A stretch of DNA of 64,000 nt from the human T2T-CHM13v2.0 reference genome, Homo sapiens. Where the stretch lies: assembly GCF_009914755.1 (NCBI RefSeq), contig NC_060937.1, one strand, 5' to 3'. The stretch's first letter is position 1. Every line of letters starts with the position of its first letter. Under the pieces are notes generated by a model. It made no database searches. It saw nothing but the letters and a program-made list of their open reading frames with translations, and was not told where the DNA came from. This document shows, in pieces, positions 43,137-56,779 of the stretch. The position numbers were made by a program, and so were the translations under genes.

Positions 43137-43368
43137 CGGAGCAATGATTCTCAACAGGGGGCAACTTCATCACCCAGGGGACACTGGGCAATGACTGGAG
43201 ACGTTTTTGATTGTCATGACTGGGAGGCGCCACTGGTATGTTGTAAGCCCAGCCAGCAATGCTGCAGAACATCGCACAATGTACAGGACAGCCTCCTGCC
43301 CTGCCTCACAACAAACAATTATCCAGCCCCAGATGTAAGTAGTGCCAAAGCCAAGAAACCCTGCTCTA
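43137..43368. mobile_element. MER20
   Basis: GCAATGATTCTCAAC...CCAGGGGACACTGGGCAATGACTGGAGACGTTTTTGATTGTCATGACTGGG...AATTATCCAGCCCC...GAAACCCTG. Confidence 0.88.
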
Positions 43369-45707
43369 GAATCAAGTCCAGAATCTTATCCAACTTCCAA
43401 GATCTCCATTGCCTGGCTCCTGCTCCTATCAACCATCTCCTCCTTCAACCAACCCTGCTCCCCGACTCACACTTGGTCATTGGTTGCCCACTCCTTTTGT
43501 GCCATGTCCTATGTTTGGCCTTTTGAGTATGCTGTTTCTTCCATCTGAGACACAAACTCGTTCACCTTCATCACCTAGGGGCAGTCTATGTCCCTCAGGG
43601 ATCATCATCTATATCCCTTAGACATCACTCCACTTCCTTAAGGGAGCCTGTCTCTGAAACCCCCAGGACACCCTGCAGGATGGTAATGACCACACTTTAG
43701 TGTCATCTCTGGACTAAGTCTGCGAGGGCAGGGAGCGGGGCTGTCTTGACTACTGAATCCCCAGTACCTGCATAGAACATGCACCCGATCTGGCCACACA
43801 CCCTCTAATCTCGGTCCTCTAATAGTCTTAAATAAATAAAATCCAACTTCTACCAGAAGCTTTAGTTTTGTCTCCAAGATAACCAGCATGAATCAAGCAG
43901 CTCTGGGGAGAAAGCGGATGAGTTTGAGAGCTGCACTAGCTCACTTCCCAGCAAGCGCTGGCTCTGGCAAGCCCTTGCAATTCTACCTCCCACAAGAAAA
44001 CATTTGGTTTACAGGTTGGTCTGACTTGGCTTTGGAATACCAAGAACACAATCAGTATAAGTACCATCCAGTGTTAGTCAGCACGGATTCACAGAAGTTC
44101 TCATTCTACATATTTATTAAGAAATCCATCGACCCACACTTTTCTAGACAGAGCAATTTCAGACACTTCCTGTCTCCAAGAAGTCATTGCTAATATTGAA
44201 TTCCAATAGTATGCGAAACTGTGGCTGGCAGCCAATAAGAGATGCTTTAAACCCCAACTCTCCCTTGATAGCCCGGCAATTTGTGAGTAACTTATCAGGC
44301 AGCAGAATTCATGGAGCTCTGAAGGCTGGGCCTTTCCCCTCTGGTGGCAAGAACTGGGTGAAAATTGATAGCCCCAGTGGAGCCACTTTTGGAATCAAAG
44401 TTGCATCCATACTTGCCCTGAGTCCACAACAGAATATAATTTTTCCAGAAGACTTGTCCATATACCCCGAAGTGACATGGGGCAATGCGGGGACACATTT
44501 GCTTTCTCCAACTGGAAGGCAGGTGCCATTTCTAGACCTGACTAGCGCAAGGCAGGGTTGGAGGGGGTGCCAGTGCCAGCTAGCTCGGGCCCCTACCTGC
44601 TGCTGGACCTCAGGTCCTCGGGAGATAAGAAAGCCCATCTGCCCGCCCAGCATGGCCCCACTGTAATGAGTGCAGCAGGCGCCTTGTATTTCCTCTCTGC
44701 TGGGAACTTGTAATGTCTGTTGAATGCAACCAGAATCTCTAAAGTGAGGAGCCTTAGGGAGAGAGGGCCTCCAGCTGTAAATATTAACAGCAGCCGCGTG
44801 AAACGCAGTGTTTTCTGTTGACAGGTGTTCCCTGGGGGAGGGCCCCCGCAAAGAGTGACTACATCACCAGAGTCTTTCAGCACCCCTGACAGTAGACACG
44901 ACAGTCCACAAAGAGGTGTAGAAATGACAGCTCTGTTAATATAATGACATTAAATGTGACTCACTATCAGGAGCAGGAAGCAGCAGCCATGATGTTTTTC
45001 TTTCTTTCCGTAGTAATGGTCTGAGCTGCTGGGCTGTGCACATTCTCTAGGAGTCAGTCTGCTGTGCAGTTAGCAATTGGTTTCACAGACTCGCAGGCTG
45101 TTACAGCTAGAAAAGAACTTTGAGGCCAATGCTCTATGAAGTGTTGCACAGACAGTGCAATTCAAACCCAGAGGGCCTGAGTGATTTTCCCAAAGAAAAA
45201 CTAGGAGCTGGCAGGTTAAAAGCAGAGAGGAACTAAATTTTCTAGTCTAACCTGTTACCCTCTGTTCCCTGCCACCTCCCAACGCTGCTGGAAGGACACA
45301 GCCTGCCCTCTCCCGGGTGGTGCCTGTGCAGCAAGCCTGGGGCCTGAGTGTCAAAAGGTCTTTGGACACTTTGGGTTGGAATCCTGGCTCACTTAATCAC
45401 CAACTATGTGACACTGGCCAATTATCTCATCTTCCCTTGTCCTCATCTTTAAGCAGGAACAATAATATGCCCCTCCCTGGGCCTTTGTGAAGACTAAATG
45501 AGATGTCCATGCACAGACATGCGTGGCCCACAGTAAGCACTCCAGATGTGTTGGTGAGACATGAGAGAACGTGTTTTGCACACATGCGTGTTTAGTGCAT
45601 TTAGTGCCTAGTTTACATACAAGAAGAGAAATACAATAACATATTCAGCAGTTCTCAACCTGTCCTAATCTGATTTGCACCTTTATTTTATGTTAAGAAG
45701 ATGCAGC

Positions 45708-46425
<718 letters not shown>

Positions 46426-48252
46426 CTACTTTCCTGTGTCAGGCCTTGCCAGGGAAGGAGGGAGAACTGCCTGGCATTTCAGCAGAGGTGAGGTTCACAG
46501 CCCCTGGCAGTCACAGCTGATGCCTGGACCCCATAGAAGTGGCTGCAGGCAGGTAGGATGGCAGACAAGATACGAAGGCCGTTCTGGGGGCTCCCTCCTT
46601 ATATGTCTGGCGTGCAGGTCGGGGCTCAGCCCAGCCTCACGGGATCCCTTAGTCATTCCGGCCAACCAGATGCCCATTCCCCTTCTAGAAGATACCCAAA
46701 CAGACGCCTTGGGTGTGAGCTGGTTTCCAGTGTGGCAGCCTGGGGTGGCTGACTCTCCTGGAGAGGAGCAGGCCCCTTAGCCTGGAGAGAAGGAGCCAGC
46801 CCTGGGCGAGGACAGAAACTGGATAGCGGCTGGGTGGGGTCCTGGTCTCAGCATCCTTCCACTTAGCACTGGATCCGTGGTAATGCCCTTGTCAGGAGGA
46901 TGCAAAGGAAGAGCAAGAAGTACCCGGGCTGCAGTGCACACAACTGCCCGGCATGGGAGAATTCAGCCTTCTATCCTGTGGCTCTGCCTCGTGCCAGCTT
47001 CCTGCCTGCCGTTCTTTGCTCCCCAGTCAAGAGACAGGAAATGCAAAGGGCAAGACGGTTTGCAGGATAGCAGACAGCACTGCCAATGGTCTGTACATCC
47101 TGAGGCACTCAGGTTTTCTAGTGCCTGCAGGCTGCCCACATGCAGCCCATCCTGCCAGCCTCTTTCAGAGCTTTCTGAGCACAGGGTGACTGACCTGTGT
47201 GACTGGGAAGCCCAGCCATTTCCTCCCATCAAAACAGATGCCTGCGAAGGGACCATTGTCAAGGGGCCCAAGAGGTTTGTGGGGAGGGCGGCACCACATG
47301 CTCCCAGATGAAAGGCCTGACTGGGAGGGAGAAGGGAGCTGGTGGGTTCCCATTCTTAGATGAACAAACCATGCCTGAGATCATTCCCTAACCTTGATCT
47401 TGGCACATTTATTTCCATAGCCATTCAGTGAAGGAATTCCCAAGTCATTATAAACCATTCCTGATATTGAAATTGGGAGCAATGAGCATTTCCAGGCAGC
47501 CCAGCTTTCCCACTCAATGCATGTGGGGTGAGGGCTAATGAGCTTCCTGCCTCTTGACCTCCTGAACGAGCTGGAAGAACCGTGTGGGTGAGGGAAAGGG
47601 CACTCCCGGGCCTTTCATGCCTCTGCAGGCAAAACACCAGTGTCCACAACAATCCTGTCCTTCATCGATTATGCTGACAGTCATTTAAACGGGCTTTCTA
47701 TAATAAAGCAGGGGAGGGCTAAGTAGGGAGCTGGGCCCATAGGATCTATCAATTCTACTTCCTCTGCAACTTGACATGAAATATAGATCATAGATCTCAG
47801 AGTGTACGATGGAAAAGGGCACTTTAATTCCCTCACTCCATTCACTAGGGAGGCAGGCATGGGAGACAGCAACCTACTCAAACAAGCAGCCACGGAGCTT
47901 GGCTTTCACATTTGTTTAATGCTGACTGATCGTTAGCTTTTCTAAGAATGTTTGCTATTTAAAAACACTTTTAAATAGTAAAAATTATTTCAGGGCTTGC
48001 TTGGAAGTGGGTAACTTGATTTTCTCAGCAAACAGCTAAGTCTGTTGGTCTCTAGTAAAAAAGTATATCTCTTCCTTACTCCAGGGTAAGTAATTCTGCC
48101 TCTGGGAATTTACCAAAGTAAATCAACCTCAATTCTGAAAAATCTACATTCATGACTATGTCTATTATAGCATTACTCATTAACATAAAAGCAGTGAACA
48201 CTTTCAATATTCAACAATAGGATTATGGTTAAGTACACTGTAAAGAATATTA

Positions 48253-48609
<357 letters not shown>

Positions 48610-50679
48610 TCAAAAGTTATTAGTGCAACTCTACAGACATGAAAAAACCTGTTATAAAATTTGCTAAAACATTAACAGTGATTATATAGGCTAGCAGGGT
48701 CACGGATAATTTTTGTCTTTATTTTCAAAATTTTCAGTTACATAATTCTATTTTTATAACGGAAAAATATGAATATAACTTTCCAAATAAAAAAATGTTC
48801 TACTGACTCACTAAGACGCTTAGTTCTTCTGGACCTGGCAGGCAGCTCTCTGACATGAAAGAAGCCCACGTGCAGAGGATCTGGTAGTTGAGTTGACTCA
48901 GGGCAAGTCACTGATGAGGAGCTCACTGTGAATCGTGTGAAGCGGTTGCTATAACAGCTACTGCCTGCTAGGGGGTATGAATAAAAGCACGGTTTCTAGA
49001 ACGCCTGCTGTTTCCTGCACTGGCTGGGTAGCGTGCTGACTTTCCCATCCAGAACTACCCGTTAAGACAGCCAGGAAGTAGATAAGGATGAGACGTCAGG
49101 GGTAGCGAGGACTCTGAGAATCACATCACACGGACTGGTTGAAGGAGACGGCACAAGTAGACTGGAAAAAGAAGATGTAGCAATGGCATGCCGGTTGTCC
49201 TCAAATATTAGGGAAACTGCAACCTTGTGTTGGCATTAACATCTGATCCCTCCTCACCAAGAAGTCAATATCTTTATCCAGGAGTGACTACAAGAAAGGT
49301 CTTTGCCTGGTCGTCTTCTCTATTTGTTGCCCTGGTTCTGCTTCCAATCCTGCGCCAGTTGGCAATGGAGTGCTACCTCCTTTATATCAGGGTTGATTTG
49401 CCAATTGTAGACAGAATTCTTCCTTTGTGATTGCTTAAATTGAGATATCAACTGTTAATTTCTCCTCAGTATTTCTATAAATATAGCTATGCTCTTTCTA
49501 TGCTGCTGCTGCACAGATCCATGCTATGCTAGAATTTTTCACTCATTCGTGCCACAAATATTTGAATGAGCACTTACCACATGCCAGCCCCAACCTAGGC
49601 ACTGAGATACTACAGTACACAGAGTAGACAAAATCTTTGCCTTCAGGAAGCTTCTGTTCCAGCGAGACAGGCCTAATAAATGTTTTTGAGTGTCTGCAGG
49701 GATTTGACTAATTTAATACTCATCCCAACCCACTGGGTAAGTACTGTCATTATCTGCATTTTACAATGAGGAAATGGAGGAACAAAGATGCTGAGCAACT
49801 TGTCCCAAGAGACCGACAGAAGGTCCTCCCTCTGCCCCACTAGGCTAGATTTGCCTCACTGGAGTGGGAGCTTCTGGAGGCCCACACGGCACAGACACAG
49901 CCTATGCTGTTCTGCTGCAACTGTCTGCTGTCTGGAAATTACTCCTCTCACTCTGCTGCAGTGAGGTGGGAGGTGTTAGAAGGATTGGGGTGTGAAAAGA
50001 ATGACTTCAAAGTTCAGTACTACTTGAAAAACTGATTACTTCTGAATGACTTTCTGTGTTTCCTTATCCTACAGACGTTCTCAATGTAACATCCTCAGGC
50101 TTCCTTGGGCCAACTCACGACAATGCCAGGTACATTTCTTAGAGTAGAGATAACATATTTCTGTTAAAGTAATATATTTTCTTACATGTACCACACTTTG
50201 GGAATGTCCTAATCAACTGAGATAACCGCTACATACATTTACCAAAGTGTGTGCCGTGGTCCCAGGGTTTATAGCAGGAGGCACACTGACACTGCTGGAA
50301 CACAAGGGACTGCTGTCTCCAAAGGCTGGAGCAGATTCTAATATGCGGATTCAGATGCTGAGTGTTCACAGGTAGTGTAATGTTCATGGCAACTGTTACA
50401 CTTATTAAATTACTGACTTCCTAAGGGCATGAATCTAATAGGAAACGTTAGATGCCCTGTTAATATTATGTTGCCTGCAAGCATTTGTATTGTTTTCTGA
50501 TATTTGTTGTTTTCTAAGATTTTGAAAAAAATACTTAATTAGGAAGATAATTTTTTTTCCTGGCTCTAGTGTTAAATTAAGTGGGAAGGTATTCTATTTA
50601 GGATCCTCCCATAGAGCTATTTTTCTCTTAAGGGTTACATGCATTCCTTTGTTTTTAAAATTCACTTTAATATTAACGT

Positions 50680-50960
50680 ATTAATTCAGTACTTATTGAG
50701 TGCCTGCCATGTGTCAGGTGTTTTTCTGGGCACTAGGAATCAGATAAATAAGGCAGACAAAGCCCCTCATGAAGCTTATACTTGCTGAGAGGGAGATAGC
50801 CAATAAAAAGAACACAGTAATTGTATGATACAATGTCAGTTGCTAATAACACTAGGGAGGAAAATAAGCCAGGCTAAGGAGAGAGAAAAGGAAAGGAGAA
50901 GGTGGTTTTACATGGGTCAAGAGGCAAAGCATCGCTGAGGAAGTGACCAGGTGCCATGAT
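50680..50960 (-). mobile_element. L2 3' region
   Basis: TACTTATTGAGTGCCTGCCATGTGTCAGG...CCCTCATGAAGCTTATA. Confidence 0.75.
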
Positions 50961-51175
50961 TTGTGTAATAGCAAGGGAACAAAGGCCACCTCCCCACCCA
51001 CGTGCTGTGTGACTTGGGCAACTCCCATAATGCTTCTATATTCTCATCACTGAAATGGAGATAATCATAGTACTTATATCATAGGGTTTTTTTTAATTAA
51101 TTATAGAGTTTTAAAATATTTTTTGAATTATCTTCCTTTCCTTGTCTGCCTACTTTTCTTAAAAACCTATGGTGA

Positions 51176-51390
51176 GACTGGGCATAGTGGCTCATGCCTA
51201 TAATCCTAGCACTTTGGGAGGCCAAGGCAGGTGGATCACCTGAGGTCAGGAGTTTGAGACCAGCCTGGCCAACCTGGTGAAATCCCGTCTCTACTAAAAA
51301 TACAAAAATTAGCCGAGCTTGGTGGCAGGTGCCTGTAATCCCAGCTACTCGGAAATCGGAGGCAGGAGAAATCTCTTGAACCCAGGAGGT
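51176..51390 (+). mobile_element. AluSx truncated in the right arm and fused to an L1MB 3' end (51391-51480)
   Basis: The Alu stops at GAACCCAGGAGGT and is followed by GGGGTATATGGAAACT...TTTTGCTGTGAACTTAAAACTGCTCTAA (L1 3' terminus). Confidence 0.9.
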
Positions 51391-51517
51391 TACTGGGAGC
51401 TCAGGGGTATATGGAAACTTTCTGTTAAATTTTGCTGTGAACTTAAAACTGCTCTAAGAAATAGTCTATTAATTTTAAAATATTAATTAACTCCCAAGAT
51501 AAGGAGGGAAATGTCAA

Positions 51518-51826
51518 TTTATTTTTATTTTTATTTTTATTTTTTGTGATGGAGTCTCTCTCTGTTGCCCAGGCTGGAGTGCAGGGGCGTGACCTTGGCT
51601 CACTGAAGCCTCCACCTCCTTGGTTTGAGTGATTCTCATGCCCCAGCCTCCTGAGTAGCTGGGATTACAGGTGTGCACCACCACACTCAGCTAATTTTTG
51701 TATTTTTAGTAGAGACGAGGTTTCACCATGTTGGCCAGCCTTGTCTCAAACTCCTGACCTCAAGTGATCCACCAGCCTTGGCCTCCCAAAGTGGTGGGAT
51801 TACAGGTGTGAGCCGCTATGATCAGC
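51518..51826 (-). mobile_element. AluS
   Basis: Reverse dimeric Alu with (T5A)n tail. Confidence 0.93.
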
Positions 51827-52644
51827 CTCAAACAATATCTTGAAGGCTCAAAGTAGACAGAGGATTGGCGAGTAAGGGGTAAGGGAAATTGGCGATATAG
51901 GAAATTGCACCTAACTGTAGGGGGCAGGGATGCTGACAGAAGCCTGTCTGCTTCCCTCCCGTGCAAGGGGAATGGTGATAGCACCCACTCTCCCTTCGGT
52001 TGTAAGGGGTCTGTCTGCGTGGAGCATTTGGAACAGCGCCTGGCACGGAGGCAGCTCCCATGCATGCTATAGCTGTTTTACCGAGCAGGAACTTTCTGTT
52101 CCTCTCCTGAGGCCGTTTCTCAGTCTCTCCTGCTGTCTCTCCTGGAGAAGAAGTCCCTGATACACCCTGGGGGCTGGGCCCAGGTAGGGCCGGAGAGGCA
52201 TAAGCCTGGCTTCCCAGAGCCCTGATGGCTGGGCCAGCGGTGGAGGCTAGGGATGGGTTCTCATCATTTCATCAGCTGACACTCACTTCTAACATCACTT
52301 CACCCCACCCCCAGTGGCACCTGGTGTCCCTGAGATCGCGTGTCCATCTCAGGATCTCCAGAAGGTGAGGGAAAAGGAAGCTAGAGCGTAACTCTGATTG
52401 TCTGACCTTTCCACGAACCGCCTGCTCTTGGCCCCAACCCTAACCCCCTTCGCCTTTCCAGGGACCTGAAGAGGCACCCCGAATCCTGGCCTTCTCTGCA
52501 CTCTGGGTTGCATAGCAAGAATCATCTTGCTTCTTCAGCTGCCCCTCCCCCTTGAAACTCTTCATTTTGTGAATAAACAATCACCTATGTATATCAAAAA
52601 CCCACACACACTAAGAAGGTGCCTCTTTGGAGATGCCTTGAGGC

Positions 52645-52821
52645 AGATTTCTCCTGCCTCCGATTTCCGAGTAGCTGGGATTACAGGCACCTGCCACCAA
52701 GCTAGGCTAATTTTTGTATTTTTAGTAGAGACGGGATTTCACCAGGTTGGCCAGGCTGGTCTCAAACTCCTGACCTCAGGTGATCCACCCGCCTTGGCCT
52801 CCCAAAGTGCTAGGATTATAG
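52645..52821 (-). repeat. 177-bp internal Alu fragment that is an inverted copy of 51198-51374
   Basis: 175/177 identity, shared private variants, no tail, no TSD. Confidence 0.95.
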
Positions 52822-53565
52822 CACTTGGCCTTGCTGCCACCCCAGACCCTCATCTCCTTGTCCTCTGCACGGAACTATTTTGGTCGGATTTTGCTTCTTC
52901 TTGGCCTGTCCTATTCCCTAACCCGCCTTCAGAGGGACTGAGGTTTTAGATTTTCCCGCTCTGCTACATTTGTGTCTACTCATTTCATCTTCCAAATCTT
53001 GGTTGAAGTATTTTGTCTTCTCCTTCTGCCATGTTTCCTTCTTCTGAATTTGCGCTTAAAAAATCTTTTTTACTGTCATTTAGTAAAGTTTTGCAAAGTA
53101 ATGGAGAAAAATGTGTTGCCAAACCAAACGTGAGTCTGCTCACCCAGTGATCGGAAAAAGCCAAACGCCAGCACTGGGATTTGCAGCAAGAGAAAGTGAG
53201 GAACTTCCTTAGCGCATGTTTGATTTCAGTCTCTCTGAGGTCTGTGAGACTGTGGTCAGCATTTTCCATTGGGCGAGGGTCCTGGTTTCTGAAAAACAAC
53301 TCCAGGACATATGTCAAGAAGTTATCTTTAGTTTCTGTAGGGAACCAATCATCTTGTGACTCTGATTTATGTGGGTGGTTATTGTTGAAGTTATGATTAT
53401 CTTCTTGTTTAGCAGGTTATTAATTTGCTTCCTCTGGTTGCAGGGTGTGCCTGGAATTTCCGTTAGAGATTCAAAATCTTTTCTTTATGTCCATGCTGGG
53501 GTGGAGGGGAGCCCAGCAGGGCCCTACAAGGGGATCCCTATTCTATGTCAAAATTTCCGGGAGAT

Positions 53566-53860
<295 letters not shown>

Positions 53861-54113
53861 AATTCCAGGAGATTTCATTCTTGCTCTTTCATTCTCTCTT
53901 GAACACCTTATAAACTGTAAAATATAACTCGCTGAAAAATACACAAAGCTTGTGTGCATAGTTCACACCTAAATCCCAAACACCCAAGAACCATCATCCA
54001 AGGTCCAGATGCAGAACATGATTGGTCTTCCGGGGTCCCCACTTGTCCCTGGCCAATCACAGCCACCTCCCGCTGAGGGCACATGTGGAAGGAAGCCACT
54101 GATGGGCACATAG

Positions 54114-54446
<333 letters not shown>

Positions 54447-54580
54447 ACTCTGAGCTACTCTTATAATTTCATGTATGTTTATAATTATTTCCAAATAAAA
54501 AGTTTAAAATATATGTATGTAATATGTGACATGTGCATCAAAATGTGATTTGATTTTTATACGCTTTTTGAGAGTTAACA

Positions 54581-55155
54581 CACAGCAGTCCCTCTTTTCC
54601 TGGGTTTTGGGGGACACTTCAAGGCTCCCATTGGATGCCTGAAACCATGTATGGTACTGAACCCTATGTGTCCTCTGCATGAATTTCTTTTTCCTTCTTC
54701 ACAATTTCACAGATAGATCTGTTCTTATCATAGATCTTAGCAACCTCAGCATAGGATTTTTTTCTTTCCTTATTAGGTTGAGAATGTTTACCTTTTCACT
54801 TAAAGGGAGTACCTTATGGCTTCTCTTTGGCATGTCCAATTTGCCAGCACATCATTACTCTTGTGCTTTGGGGCCATTATTAAGTAAAATAAGGGTTCCT
54901 TGACATGAGCAACATGATATTGCAACAGTTGATCCTAAATGACTCACAGACAGGGCGCGTAGCCAGCGTGGATCTGCCGGACAAAGGGAGCCAGGTCCTG
55001 TGAGGGATGGAGTGAGATTTCATCATGCTATTCAGAATGGTGTGCAATTGAAAACTTGTTTATTTCTGGGATTTTCCATTTAATATTTTCAGACTGAAGT
55101 GGACCACAAGTAACTGAAACCATGGAAAGTGAAACTGAGGATAAAGGAGGCTCCC
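54581..55155. mobile_element. MER44 (Tigger7-derived) MITE
   Basis: CAGCAGTCCCTC...GGATGCCTGAAACCATG...ATTAAGTAAAATAAGGGTT...AACTGAAACCATGGAAAGTGAAACTGAGGATAAAGG. Confidence 0.88.
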
Positions 55156-55239
55156 ATAAATTCACAAGCCAGAAGAGTCATTTGGAAAGGCAAGTGTGTC
55201 CTCTGTGCTTCTTCTTTGGAAAATATGATCACCACGGGA

Positions 55240-55342
55240 TTTTTTTGTTTGTTTGTTTTGTTTTTGTCTTTGTTTTAGATGGAATCTTGCTCTGTTGCCC
55301 AGGCTGGAGTGCAATGGCATGATCTCCACTCACTGCAACCTC
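55240..55342 (-). mobile_element. Alu 3' fragment only (tail + ~65 nt)
   Basis: T-rich tail, then GATGGAATCTTGCTCTGTTGCCCAGG...CTGCAACCTC, then an abrupt end. Confidence 0.92.
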
Positions 55343-55426
55343 AATTAAAACTAAAAAAAATCAAAGTCAAAAATAACGTTTCAGTTTCTAATGCCCCTAA
55401 AAACTGTGTAGTAAATTGTAAAAAAA

Positions 55427-55595
55427 AGAAACTCAGAGACCGGTGCCCATGCAGGTCCTCTGTATACTAAACGCCGGTCTCCTGGGCCCACTGTTCTTTC
55501 TCTATACTTTGTCTCTGTGTCTTATTTCTTTTCTCAGTCTCTTGTCCCACCTGACGAAAATACCCACAGGTGTGGAGGGACAGGCCACCCCTTCA
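55427..55595 (+). mobile_element. HERV-K(HML-2) LTR5A/B-type R-U5 fragment
   Basis: AACTCAGAGACCGGTGCC...CTTTCTCTATACTTTGTCTCTGTGTCTTATTTCTTTTCTCAGTCTC...CCCACAGGTGTGGAGGG...CACCCCTTCA matches the LTR5 3' end. Confidence 0.92.
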
Positions 55596-55597
55596 TC

Positions 55598-55615
55598 TGC
55601 CGCCCAACGTGGGTG
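55598..55615 (+). other. tRNA-Lys primer binding site (mutated)
   Basis: TGCCGCCCAACGTGGGTG versus HML-2 PBS TGGCGCCCAACGTGG; it lies 2 nt after the LTR end. Confidence 0.85.
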
Positions 55616-55740
55616 CCTTTCTCTAAGGTGAAGTTACGCTAAGAAGGTGAGCATGAAAGACAAGTCAACGAAAGAGTCCCAAGTACGTCCATGGTCAGCC
55701 TTGCGGTAAGCTTGTGTGCAGGGAGGAACCCTGGGTAACA

Positions 55741-56037
55741 ATGGGAGAAAATGAAAGTAAATAGGCCTCTTATCTCAGCTTAATTAAAATTATTTTAAGA
55801 AGAGAGGGAGTTGGAGCCTCTACAGAAAATCTAATTACGCTATTTCAAACAGCAGAAGATAGCGTTTCAGTTTCTGATGCCCCTGATAACTGTGTAATAG
55901 ATTGTGAAGAAAAGGCAGGGACAGAATCTGGGAAAGGAACAGAAAGTTCACATTGTAAATATGTAGCAGAGTCTGTAATGGCTTGGTCAACACAAAATGT
56001 TGACTACAATCAATTACAGGAGGTAATATATCCTGAA
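55741..56037 (+). pseudogene. gag: HERV-K(HML-2) gag 5' relic (matrix/p15 region) with one stop and an in-frame internal deletion
   Basis: Translates as MGENESK*ASYLSLIKIILRREGVGASTENLITLFQTAEDSVSVSDAPDNCVIDCEEKAGTESGKGTESSHCKYVAESVMAWSTQNVDYNQLQEVIYPE. This matches HML-2 Gag (KYASYLSFIKILL...; EDSVSVSDAPGSC...STQNVDYNQLQEVIYPE). Confidence 0.93.
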
Positions 56038-56361
56038 TGTCAGACAGTTGGATGCATAATGAATGATTTTTACATATTTTTAATTACCTTACTGTCATCT
56101 GCGTGGGGTTGGGGAAGAAGAAGGGATTAAAACTAGATGGTGCTTAATGTGCCACATTCAAGTAGAAGGTAAATGAATCCTATTGTTTTTTTTTTTACTA
56201 AAATTTTTCTCTTAACATTGAATATGGATTCTCTAGGAAGAGAAAGCAACCCTCTGTAGGTTGAGTTCAAACCCTGTGAGCAAGTGTTAGATGTGGACGG
56301 ACCCAGGGCCTCCTGGAGCTTTCGGTCTGGGGTGCTTTAGCAGTGCTTCCAGAAATGCTTA

Positions 56362-56693
<332 letters not shown>

Positions 56694-56779
56694 TCAGGGT
56701 CCACCTTTGGGGCAGCCACGACTTCCCAGGGTGCCAGCTTGCAGTGTCATGCTCCCCACCTACAGGCTCACAAAAATCC

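Noticed and set aside
44187-44883. Overlapping 159-, 180- and 96-aa ORFs in unique DNA
   Set aside because: No similarity to any protein I recognise and no convincing exon structure.
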